30,002 nucleotides of DNA from Bacteroidales bacterium. Its GTDB lineage: Bacteria > Bacteroidota > Bacteroidia > Bacteroidales > UBA12077. Below, piece by piece: positions 1 to 7,902 of the stretch. Below the pieces are notes generated by a model. The model searched no databases and was not told the origin of the DNA. It saw only the letters and a program-made list of their open reading frames with translations. Positions within the stretch are counted from its first letter, which is position 1; each line of letters opens with the position of its first letter. Location: NCBI GenBank assembly GCA_028282585.1, contig JANQHR010000096.1:1-30002 (forward strand), read 5' to 3'. The position numbers and the translations under genes were made by a program.

Positions 1-64
1 TACTTTTTTTATCAAAAAGACAATAACCAAAACTTATTTGAAACCAAAAATAAAAAAGCGGCAT

Positions 65-98
65 AAAAAAGAGACTGCCTTTTTGGACAGCCTCTTTT
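65..98 (-). terminator. Intrinsic terminator-like hairpin (minus strand)
   Basis: On the minus strand, AAAAGAGGCTGTC pairs with GGCAGTCTCTTTT through two G-U wobbles and ends in a T run. Pairing on the + strand has mismatches. The cognate transcript is unclear. Confidence 0.5.
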
Positions 99-163
99 AA
101 AACAGAAAGTTTTGTTAATTTTAAAATCATCAAAACAATATCAACCCAAAAGCTTTTTTAATC

Positions 164-874
164 ATGCTGCCCAAAAATTACTACGCTTTAATAGTTATAC
201 TTATTGTTCTTATCTTTATTGGATATTTTTTTAATAACAATACCAATAAAATCGTAAAAGAAGTTAGGCCGCTTGGAGAAGAAATCTTTACTAACCTGTA
301 TGAAAGGAATTTTAACATCATTCAGAATAAATACAATTTTCATTTTGACTATGAACATTTTTTTACCGGAGAAGGAATAATTAATTATTACAAAGAAAGT
401 GGCTATGGTACCAATGGCAGAGAAAATGTATGGTTACATTATTATGTAACCGGGTTACCTGCAGAAACCCGAAATGTATCTTTAAATTTCCAAAAGGAGA
501 ATTCAGCCTGGAATTTATCCGATATTAAAATTTCTTACCATTTCGATAGGGTTCATAAATCAAATATTTTTTCATTTATTAACCATATTGAACAAGGGAA
601 TAGGACGGAAGCATTTGCATTAACAAGAGATTTTTCAAAAGATAAATTTGAAGAAATCGCCAGCCAAATCCCTTCGGTTAGTTTTAATTCGAACTGGGAA
701 ATAGTTGAGGCAATCAATAAACCCTGTTCGAATAAATACTGTAAAAACAAACCTTCTGCCCAACATTTTTATGTAATGCCTGCAAATGGGTACATAAAAC
801 TCTTCTTTATTTGTAAAGACCTCAAGGGCGATTGCTGGATAGAGAAAGTTAGCTTAATAGCGTTAAATAAATAG
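164..874 (+). CDS. Hypothetical protein with N-terminal membrane anchor
   Basis: 236-aa ORF with one hydrophobic N-terminal segment (YALIVILIVLIFIGYFF) and four Cys near the C-terminus. No family recognised. Confidence 0.65.
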   Translation: MLPKNYYALIVILIVLIFIGYFFNNNTNKIVKEVRPLGEEIFTNLYERNFNIIQNKYNFHFDYEHFFTGEGIINYYKESGYGTNGRENVWLHYYVTGLPAETRNVSLNFQKENSAWNLSDIKISYHFDRVHKSNIFSFINHIEQGNRTEAFALTRDFSKDKFEEIASQIPSVSFNSNWEIVEAINKPCSNKYCKNKPSAQHFYVMPANGYIKLFFICKDLKGDCWIEKVSLIALNK

Positions 875-974
875 GGTTTACTAAGATGAGTTTAGGCACC
901 AACATAACAAGGGTTTCTTACTAAAGATTTCTTAACCTTAATAAAATTTATTACTATAAACTTCTTTTTCTCCC

Positions 975-998
975 CGATATATATAGTTTTGCATATCC
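975..998 (+). promoter_or_regulatory. ModE-like operator overlapping the Bacteroidota -7 box of wtpA
   Basis: CGATAT-ATATAGTTTTGC-ATATCC. The dyad GATAT-N12-ATATC contains TAGTTTTG (984-991), which fits TAnnTTTG. Confidence 0.65.
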
Positions 999-1020
999 AG
1001 ATTATAAACTTATGTTAATT

Positions 1021-1986
1021 ATGAAACGAATCTCTTTTTTAATAATCATTATAATAGCATTAACATTTGTTAATTGTAAAAATACCGGACAAAAAAAAGG
1101 ACCCGAAAGCAAACAGCTAATCATTTTTCATGCAGGAAGTCTATCTGTACCTTTTAAACAGATGAAAGTACAATTTGAAAAAGAAAACCCAGGAACAAAT
1201 ATATTACTTGAATCTGCAGGTAGCGTAAAATGTGCACGAAAAATAACTGACCTAAAAAAGGAGTGCGATATTATGGCATCGGCAGATTATACAATTATTG
1301 ATAAAATGCTAATCCCGGAATATGCAGAATGGAACATTCAATTTGCTACTAACGAAATGTGCATAGTATATCATGATGAATCAAAATACTCAAAACTAAT
1401 AAATAGCGAAAACTGGTATGAAATTTTATTAAAAGATGATGTAATTTTTGGCAGGTCCGACCCTAACTCTGACCCTTGTGGATATAGAGCCATTTTAAGT
1501 ACCCAGTTAGCCGAAAATTACTACAATTATCTGGGTTTAACCGAAAAAATCAAGAGTAAAAACCAGGAATATATACGCCCAAAAGAAGTTGACCTACTGG
1601 CTCTTCTTGAATCAAATACAATTGATTATATTTTCCTTTATCGTTCGGTTGCTAAACAACACCAGTTAAAATACTTAATATTACCAGATTCTATTAACCT
1701 TAAAACTCCAAAGCTTAACCCACATTATAAAATTGCCAGCATTGATATATTAGGGACAGAACCTGGTACAACAATTACACAATACGGACAGGCTATGGTT
1801 TACGGTTTAACTATTTTGAAAGATGCCCCAAATAAAGACCTGGCTAATAAATTCATAGATTTCGTATTATCGGAAGATAAAGGAAGAAAAATATTAGAAG
1901 AAAACGGACAGCCAGCTATCTTATTAACTGATTCTATTTATCGAAATAAAATTCCGGCAGAATTAAATAAATACTTTTACAGGTAA
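1021..1986 (+). CDS. wtpA: Tungstate/molybdate ABC transporter substrate-binding lipoprotein, WtpA type
   Basis: Lipobox LTFVNC. WtpA motifs FHAGSL, SAGSV..ARKI, ASADY, SDPNSDPCGYR, RPKEVDLLALLE and YRSVAKQH. The start may be 1012 or 1021. Confidence 0.9.
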   Translation: MKRISFLIIIIIALTFVNCKNTGQKKGPESKQLIIFHAGSLSVPFKQMKVQFEKENPGTNILLESAGSVKCARKITDLKKECDIMASADYTIIDKMLIPEYAEWNIQFATNEMCIVYHDESKYSKLINSENWYEILLKDDVIFGRSDPNSDPCGYRAILSTQLAENYYNYLGLTEKIKSKNQEYIRPKEVDLLALLESNTIDYIFLYRSVAKQHQLKYLILPDSINLKTPKLNPHYKIASIDILGTEPGTTITQYGQAMVYGLTILKDAPNKDLANKFIDFVLSEDKGRKILEENGQPAILLTDSIYRNKIPAELNKYFYR

Positions 1987-2002
1987 ATATTTCAAAAAAA
2001 TA

Positions 2003-2060
2003 TTTGATAATTCAAATAGCTTATTATTTTTGCAAGCGATATGCATAAAATTTCATATCA
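2003..2060 (+). promoter_or_regulatory. Second promoter (TTTG ... TAnnTTTG) with a downstream ModE-like operator
   Basis: TTTG at 2003-2006 and TATTTTTG at 2025-2032, then CGATAT-GCATAAAATTTC-ATATCA at 2037-2060 over the expected transcription start. Confidence 0.65.
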
Positions 2061-2094
2061 ATTATGCAATTCTAACCAAATTATAATTATAACA

Positions 2095-2664
2095 ATGAAA
2101 AAACTTATTTATTTATTCGTATTCGCTTTGATTGCAAGTACAACTTTCGTAGGGTGTGATGATGACGATGACAGTTCATCTCCTTTTAAAACAGTGACTC
2201 TTGGAGCCCAGTTAAATACTGAAATTGACGGTTTTTATTCAATGAACGAAGACAAAACCTATCCGTTAACCGATGCGGCTCAAAACCAATCAAAAATTGA
2301 TTTATTATGCTTTTATGAAGAAGGTAAAAATGATATTTCTTTAGCATCACCAGGAGCAAATATTACGGATATTTTTACTGGCGATAACGACCCGGTAGAT
2401 TGGGCTGTGAAAGATACAACCTGGTTTCATCAAGTTGATGAAAATTTAATGACAGTTGCTGCATTTGATGCACTTTCGGAAAGTGATGTAATTATAGAAA
2501 CATTATTTGACGAAGAAAACAAAAAACGAAAAGCAAAATTATTACAACCAGGAGATATTTATGCTTTCCAAAATGAGGATAACCAATACGGTTTATTTAA
2601 AGTTGTTACTGTTACTCAAGGCGAAGCTGGTTCGGTACAATTCACTTATATTCTAAAAAAATAA
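2095..2664 (+). CDS. Putative surface-exposed lipoprotein (paralog of the C-terminal domain of the next gene)
   Basis: The ATG at 2095 gives the signal peptide MKKLIYLFVFALIASTTFVG-C followed by DDDDD, an acidic export signal. Motifs LGAQ.N, IDL, SP, W and YGLFKV. Confidence 0.8.
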   Translation: MKKLIYLFVFALIASTTFVGCDDDDDSSSPFKTVTLGAQLNTEIDGFYSMNEDKTYPLTDAAQNQSKIDLLCFYEEGKNDISLASPGANITDIFTGDNDPVDWAVKDTTWFHQVDENLMTVAAFDALSESDVIIETLFDEENKKRKAKLLQPGDIYAFQNEDNQYGLFKVVTVTQGEAGSVQFTYILKK

Positions 2665-2665
2665 A

Positions 2666-2790
2666 AACACTTTCGGGTGTTCTTTCTCTGAATGCTTACT
2701 GTAAATTTTAAGAAGTTTGCGGTAAGCATTAAAAATAAAGTTTGTGAGCTTTTAAACAACCCAGGGACACCCCTTATAATTACTGTAAAT
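2666..2790 (+). ncRNA. Structured intergenic RNA element (candidate cis-regulatory or stability element)
   Basis: An 18-bp stem at 2691-2730 with three G-U pairs, an outer stem pairing 2675-2684 with 2763-2772, and an alternative UUCG-loop hairpin at 2666-2681. Confidence 0.45.
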
Positions 2791-3694
2791 GATGAAAGTT
2801 TATAAGCTTTTTATTGTTTTCATCTTCTTATGTTTTGCCTTTTCCTGTGCAGAAGATGAACTACCTGAAACTAACCCTTTTGTTATACTTAAACCTGGTG
2901 CTGAATATACACAAAATGGAACTTCTGTACCCATAGGCGGACAAATTAAATTTGGAATATCTGCGGTTGGAGATGGCACTGCCATAACCAATTTAACAAT
3001 ACAAAGAATAACGGATAAAGAAATTATTACAGAATTAGACCAGGGAATGTATATTAAAACCGGAGGCCTGGACACTACAGTAACATTTGTAAAAGGGCCT
3101 GCTGAACATGAAACCTGGCGGTTTATCATCATGAATGGGCATCGAGATACAGCTTCGGTATCAACTATTATTTATTTAGGAGAAGGTAGTGCATACGGTG
3201 AAATTGATTACTTCCCTTCTATCATAATAGGCTTTCAAAATAATACAGAACTACCTTATTACGTGGATTTACATACAGGTAAGGCATATGATAATACAAC
3301 TATTGCAGGGCACGAACCTTCAATTGATTTAACAAGTTATTACTATTTAAGCTCAGGAAAATCTTCTCCTACCCTGTCATGCCCGGGATATGAAACAGCA
3401 AGATATTACCATCCGGAAATAAGCAGCTGGTCTGTTCAAAACTCTACTTTATACGATTATGAAACGACAGACTATGATTTAATCGCAACTGAAGAGTTTG
3501 ATGCTGCGCAAAATGACAGCTTATTAGTTAACGCATATATTCCGAGTAGCGTTAGTGGAACATGTAAATATTGTTATACCGATAAGATCATTCCATTTAA
3601 AACATCTGATGGTAAATACGGATTAATTAAAGTTTTACATGCAGACGAGTTTGATACTGGTTACATGGAACTTGCTGTTAAAATTCAAAAATAA
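2789..3694 (+). CDS. Putative surface lipoprotein with an N-terminal beta-rich domain and a C-terminal domain paralogous to 2095-2664
   Basis: Lipobox FAFS-C followed by AEDE. The C-terminal half has IGFQNN, IDL, SCP, W..QNST and FKTSDGKYGLIKV. Confidence 0.8.
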   Translation: MMKVYKLFIVFIFLCFAFSCAEDELPETNPFVILKPGAEYTQNGTSVPIGGQIKFGISAVGDGTAITNLTIQRITDKEIITELDQGMYIKTGGLDTTVTFVKGPAEHETWRFIIMNGHRDTASVSTIIYLGEGSAYGEIDYFPSIIIGFQNNTELPYYVDLHTGKAYDNTTIAGHEPSIDLTSYYYLSSGKSSPTLSCPGYETARYYHPEISSWSVQNSTLYDYETTDYDLIATEEFDAAQNDSLLVNAYIPSSVSGTCKYCYTDKIIPFKTSDGKYGLIKVLHADEFDTGYMELAVKIQK

Positions 3695-3704
3695 CAATCA
3701 AGCA

Positions 3705-6026
3705 ATGAAAAAATACATGCTTATCATAGCATTTCTGTTATTGATTTTTACAAAACTGTTTGCACAATCAAAACTAAATGGAATTATATACAATTCTGAA
3801 AATAATGAAGTTGTAAGTTATGCCAACATCTCCATTAACGGGCAGGCAGTTGCTGTAAGTAACGAAAAAGGACAGTTTTCAATAGAAAATATAAAACCCG
3901 GAGAATATTCGGTTATTATTTCTTATGTAGGTTATGAGATATTGAAAAAGCAAATCGATATTGATGAAAACAAAATTCAAAACCTTGAATTTAAATTAAA
4001 ACCAACCTCTTACTTAACGGGTGAGGTTGTTATTACAGCTACAAAAACTGAAAATTATATTCAGGATATTCCGGTAAGAGTTAGCATTGTTTCTTCACGG
4101 CAAATAGAAAACATCCCGGCACAAACTACAGATGAACTCCTGAGCTTTGTCCCGGGTGTTAATGTTAGCAGGAATTTTGGGATTTTCTCGCATCATTCAA
4201 GGGTTACCATGCGTGGGCTCAACGGGCAAGAACAAGGCCGTGTGTTGGTAATGGTTGATGGTATCCCCACCAATAAAGCCGATGGTGGTTCTGTAAACTG
4301 GAATTTAATGAATACAGGACAGATTGAGCGCATTGAAGTTGTAAAAGGACCCGGGTCATCACTTTATGGAGGCAATGCAATGGGTGGCGCAATTAATATA
4401 ATTACGAAAAAACCGACCAAGAATTTTCAGGGAAAAGTTAGTGCCAATTATGGGACATATAATACCATAGGCGGTCAACTTTATTTATCCGGCAAGCTAA
4501 ATCCGGAAGCTGAAAAAGGATTTTACTGGAACTTAAACAGTTTTTACAGGCAAAGCGATGGTTACATAACAGCCTCAGAAGCTGAACAACTAGCTAACCC
4601 TTATATTGCTGAATCCGATTTAATGGAATGGGGAACCTCAGCTAAATTGGGATATGATATTAATCCAACTAGCAATATCGAGTTAGGTCTTTTATATTAT
4701 GATGACGATAGGGCCACAGGCGAAAGAGTTTATCAACCCGAAGGAAATAATCGCGAACACGATACTTACCATTTAAAAGCTAAATATTCTGGCAATAAAA
4801 ACAAAACACAATGGAATGTAAGCGTCTTTTATTTGAACGAAGATTATAAGCGAATTAGCGAATGGATGAAAGATGATTACACCTTTTATAAAGTACTTTC
4901 AAACAGAATTGATTTTGGCGTTTTATCAACTTTATCGTATGATTTGGATAAACATATTATAACCGTAGGAATAGACCTTAAACAAGGAAGCGTTGATGCT
5001 ATAGATGAATATTTTACGTCTACTGATATTGTTTACAATAGGGGTAAAATGAATACTTTTGGGTTATTCATTCAGGACGAAATTCATTTATTTGATGATA
5101 AAATCAAAATTGTTGCCGGGCTTCGGTTCGATTACGCTAACTTTTTTGATGGAGGATTCGAAATTGAAGCACCTACATCAGAAACTACATTTATGCTAAA
5201 TTATCATAATGAAAATCTTTCTGAAGATAATTGGAACGCACTGAGCCCAAAGTTATCATTACAATATAAGTTTAATAACAACTACCGAATTTATGTCAAT
5301 TATGCCAGAGGATTCAGGCCTCCGGTACTAGACGATATGTGCCGCTCGGGCAGAATCAGAGGTGGATTTAAAGTTTCCGACCCAAGTTTGCAACCTGAAT
5401 ACCTAAATAATTTTGAACTAGGCGCTGATACCAGGTTACTTGACCGCCTAAGAACTTCCTTGTCTGCGTATTACTCTCTTGGAAACGATTTTATGTATTA
5501 TGTAAATACAGGGGATTCGATTCAGTTTAGTTATGGCCCAAGGCCAATTATTAAAGCTTCAAATATTTCTGAAGTTGAGATCTATGGATTTGAATTCGAA
5601 GTTAATTACAGATTCTTGGAAAACATTATCCTGAATACCAATTATGCTTATGCACATTCACAAATTACTAATTACGAGCCTTTAAATATGGATGATCCGA
5701 TTGATTTAACCAACAAATATCTTGCGGATGTTCCCAACCATATGGCTACAGCCACTTTACAATGGCAAAATAAAATTGTGAATGCGGGAATAACAGCTAA
5801 ATACACAGGCAAACGCTGGGTAAATGATACGAACCAATATGATGATATTGTTCAGGATAACCAATACGATGCATATACCATTATGGATTTAAAATTGTCC
5901 AAATCAATCAAAAAAATATTTGTAAGCCTTAATGTTCAGAATATTCTGGACACTAAGTTTTACAACAGCAAAGGGGCCGTTAATCCCGGCAGGTTTATAA
6001 CATTTGAATTAGGAACAAGATTTTAA
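3705..6026 (+). CDS. TonB-dependent outer-membrane receptor (BtuB/CirA-like) with an N-terminal carboxypeptidase-regulatory-like domain
   Basis: The ATG at 3705 gives the signal peptide MKKYMLIIAFLLLIFTKLFA. TonB box EVVITATKT, plug motifs VLVMVDGIP and IERIEVVKGPGSSLYGGNAMGGAINIITKK, and a C-terminal Phe (ELGTRF). Confidence 0.93.
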   Translation: MKKYMLIIAFLLLIFTKLFAQSKLNGIIYNSENNEVVSYANISINGQAVAVSNEKGQFSIENIKPGEYSVIISYVGYEILKKQIDIDENKIQNLEFKLKPTSYLTGEVVITATKTENYIQDIPVRVSIVSSRQIENIPAQTTDELLSFVPGVNVSRNFGIFSHHSRVTMRGLNGQEQGRVLVMVDGIPTNKADGGSVNWNLMNTGQIERIEVVKGPGSSLYGGNAMGGAINIITKKPTKNFQGKVSANYGTYNTIGGQLYLSGKLNPEAEKGFYWNLNSFYRQSDGYITASEAEQLANPYIAESDLMEWGTSAKLGYDINPTSNIELGLLYYDDDRATGERVYQPEGNNREHDTYHLKAKYSGNKNKTQWNVSVFYLNEDYKRISEWMKDDYTFYKVLSNRIDFGVLSTLSYDLDKHIITVGIDLKQGSVDAIDEYFTSTDIVYNRGKMNTFGLFIQDEIHLFDDKIKIVAGLRFDYANFFDGGFEIEAPTSETTFMLNYHNENLSEDNWNALSPKLSLQYKFNNNYRIYVNYARGFRPPVLDDMCRSGRIRGGFKVSDPSLQPEYLNNFELGADTRLLDRLRTSLSAYYSLGNDFMYYVNTGDSIQFSYGPRPIIKASNISEVEIYGFEFEVNYRFLENIILNTNYAYAHSQITNYEPLNMDDPIDLTNKYLADVPNHMATATLQWQNKIVNAGITAKYTGKRWVNDTNQYDDIVQDNQYDAYTIMDLKLSKSIKKIFVSLNVQNILDTKFYNSKGAVNPGRFITFELGTRF

Positions 6027-6040
6027 TAAAAACACTTTAT

Positions 6041-7105
6041 ATGAAAAATTACTTTTTAATAGCATTTGCAGGATTGGTGTTATCATCCTGTAATGTTAAC
6101 GACACAAATGAAAATAATTATTTAAGACAAACTACCGCAGATAATATTGATGCTACCAATGATTTCTACGATAATGCAGAAACTTTCGAATTACCAGTAA
6201 AATCAATAGCCATAGAAGGAGAAATTGAAAATCCCGGAATAGTCGATTTTTCAAAAATACCATTAAGAAGTATTATTGTTAAGGAAACCTTACTAACAGA
6301 AAATGGCGATCAATTTGTTGGTGCATATAGATATGATGGTTATGCCCTTTATGATATCCTGAACCTCGTTAAATTAAATAAAAAGAATAAAGAAGAATTT
6401 AACCCAATTATCGATTTGTATGTTCAACTGGAAAATGATAAAGGAGAAAAAGTTAATATTAGTTGGGGGGAAATCTTTTATCCAAACCATTTACAGGAAA
6501 TCATCATTGCCAAAAGGGTAATGCGAATCGTTCCTTCAAAAACAAAAGAATTATGGCCACTGCCTGTTTCAGGTAAGTTGGTTGTTGCAAGCGATTTGAT
6601 TACGGAAAGAAACATCTCTGATCCTGTAAAAATAACCGTAAAATCTTACCCAAAATCTTTTGAAACCGTTAAAGGACTAAAGCCTTTATATTCTCCTACC
6701 ATAGATATTTTTGATGAAAATAAAAAAGTAGTTACTTTGACTGAGAATCCTAAGGAATTGCAAATAGAAGAGTATCATACTATTTTTTATGGCAGGGGAA
6801 AGGGTATTCATTCTACACAACCATTTACAGGAGTTATGCTTAGAGATATTTTAAAAGATTATATAGAATTTAACAAAAAAAATATCCGTGAAGGGATTTT
6901 TTTAGTTGTTGCAAAAGATGGTTATAGAGGAACTTTCACTTTTAGCGAAGTAATGAATAGAAATGACCAATCGGAGATTTTATTGGTTTGCCGCCCGGAA
7001 GTAAATGATAATGGTATATTTCGTTTATTCCCTGCGTGCGACTTTTTCTCTGACAGAGCAATAAAAGGAATCAACGCTATTTATTTTTCGGCTAACGAAC
7101 AGTAA
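6041..7105 (+). CDS. Lipoprotein with two tandem molybdopterin-oxidoreductase-like (sulfite oxidase/MsrP fold) domains
   Basis: Lipobox LVLSS-C. Repeat 1: YDGYALYDIL..ENDKGEKVNISWGEI..KLVVASD..RNISDPVKITV. Repeat 2: FTGVMLRDIL..AKDGYRGTFTFSEV..FRLFPACD..RAIKGINAIYF. Confidence 0.65.
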   Translation: MKNYFLIAFAGLVLSSCNVNDTNENNYLRQTTADNIDATNDFYDNAETFELPVKSIAIEGEIENPGIVDFSKIPLRSIIVKETLLTENGDQFVGAYRYDGYALYDILNLVKLNKKNKEEFNPIIDLYVQLENDKGEKVNISWGEIFYPNHLQEIIIAKRVMRIVPSKTKELWPLPVSGKLVVASDLITERNISDPVKITVKSYPKSFETVKGLKPLYSPTIDIFDENKKVVTLTENPKELQIEEYHTIFYGRGKGIHSTQPFTGVMLRDILKDYIEFNKKNIREGIFLVVAKDGYRGTFTFSEVMNRNDQSEILLVCRPEVNDNGIFRLFPACDFFSDRAIKGINAIYFSANEQ

Positions 7106-7107
7106 AA

Positions 7108-7902
7108 ATGTATAAGAACAAGTTAAGGAGTTTAGACATAGTATTTATATTTCTTGGAGGGCTGGTACTGTTATTCATTATTAGCCCGCTTCTTGGCATG
7201 TTTTTATCTACTACACCAATCCAATTATTTGAAACATCTAAAGATCCTGAAGTTCTAAAAAGTATTTGGTTAACCTTGAGAGTTTCATTCCTTGCCACTA
7301 TTTTTTTTGCTATTGGTGCAATTCCCCTTTCTTACTTCTTGGCCAGAAGTAATTTTAGGCTTAAAAAGCTAATTAACGGAATTATTGATTTACCAATAGT
7401 TATTCCTCATTCTGCAGCTGGAATAGCAATTCTTGGCTTTATTTCGCGTGATTCAGTTTTAGGAAAAATAGCTTCATCCGTAGGATTAAATTTTGTAGGG
7501 CACCCGGTTGGAATAGCATTAGCCATGGCCTTTGTAAGCATCCCTTTTCTAATTAATGCTGCCCGCGATGGTTTTGAAAACGTACCGGTAAAACTTGAAA
7601 AAACTGCATTAAACTTAGGTGCTTCGCCAGTTCGAGTTTTCTTTTCTATTTCTTTGCCCCTGGCATGGAAAAATATATTATCAGGACTGGTCATGATGTT
7701 TGCCCGAGGTTTAAGCGAATTCGGAGCTGTAGTTATTGTAGCATACCACCCAATGATTACACCTGTTATGATTTATGAGCGTTTCGGCTCATTCGGTCTC
7801 AAATATGCACGACCCATTTCTGTGTTGTTTATCCTGATTTGTTTAATATTCTTCATTTTATTGCGAGCTTTAACTAAAGAAAAGGAACATAGAAATGCTT
7901 GA
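7108..7902 (+). CDS. wtpB: Tungstate/molybdate ABC transporter permease (WtpB/ModB)
   Basis: Multi-TM protein with IIDLPIVIPHSAAG, the EAA loop LEKTALNLGASPVRVFFSISLPLA, and ARGLSEFGA. Confidence 0.9.
   Translation: MYKNKLRSLDIVFIFLGGLVLLFIISPLLGMFLSTTPIQLFETSKDPEVLKSIWLTLRVSFLATIFFAIGAIPLSYFLARSNFRLKKLINGIIDLPIVIPHSAAGIAILGFISRDSVLGKIASSVGLNFVGHPVGIALAMAFVSIPFLINAARDGFENVPVKLEKTALNLGASPVRVFFSISLPLAWKNILSGLVMMFARGLSEFGAVVIVAYHPMITPVMIYERFGSFGLKYARPISVLFILICLIFFILLRALTKEKEHRNA

Noticed and set aside
2041-2094. Longer N-terminus of the first lipoprotein (similar upstream extensions at 3639, 12489, 12834, 22287 and 22396)
   Set aside because: The downstream ATGs give proper signal peptides or family-typical starts, and the 2041 extension overlaps the operator.
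2665-2788. Canonical Moco/Wco riboswitch or cobalamin riboswitch
   Set aside because: I could not find the conserved GNRA tetraloop/receptor core or a B12 box by eye, so it is reported only as an unclassified structured element.
3705-6026. Calling the receptor btuB or susC
   Set aside because: The BtuB-like plug motifs are generic. There is no cobalamin riboswitch, BtuFCD or SusD partner, and the context points to W/Mo.
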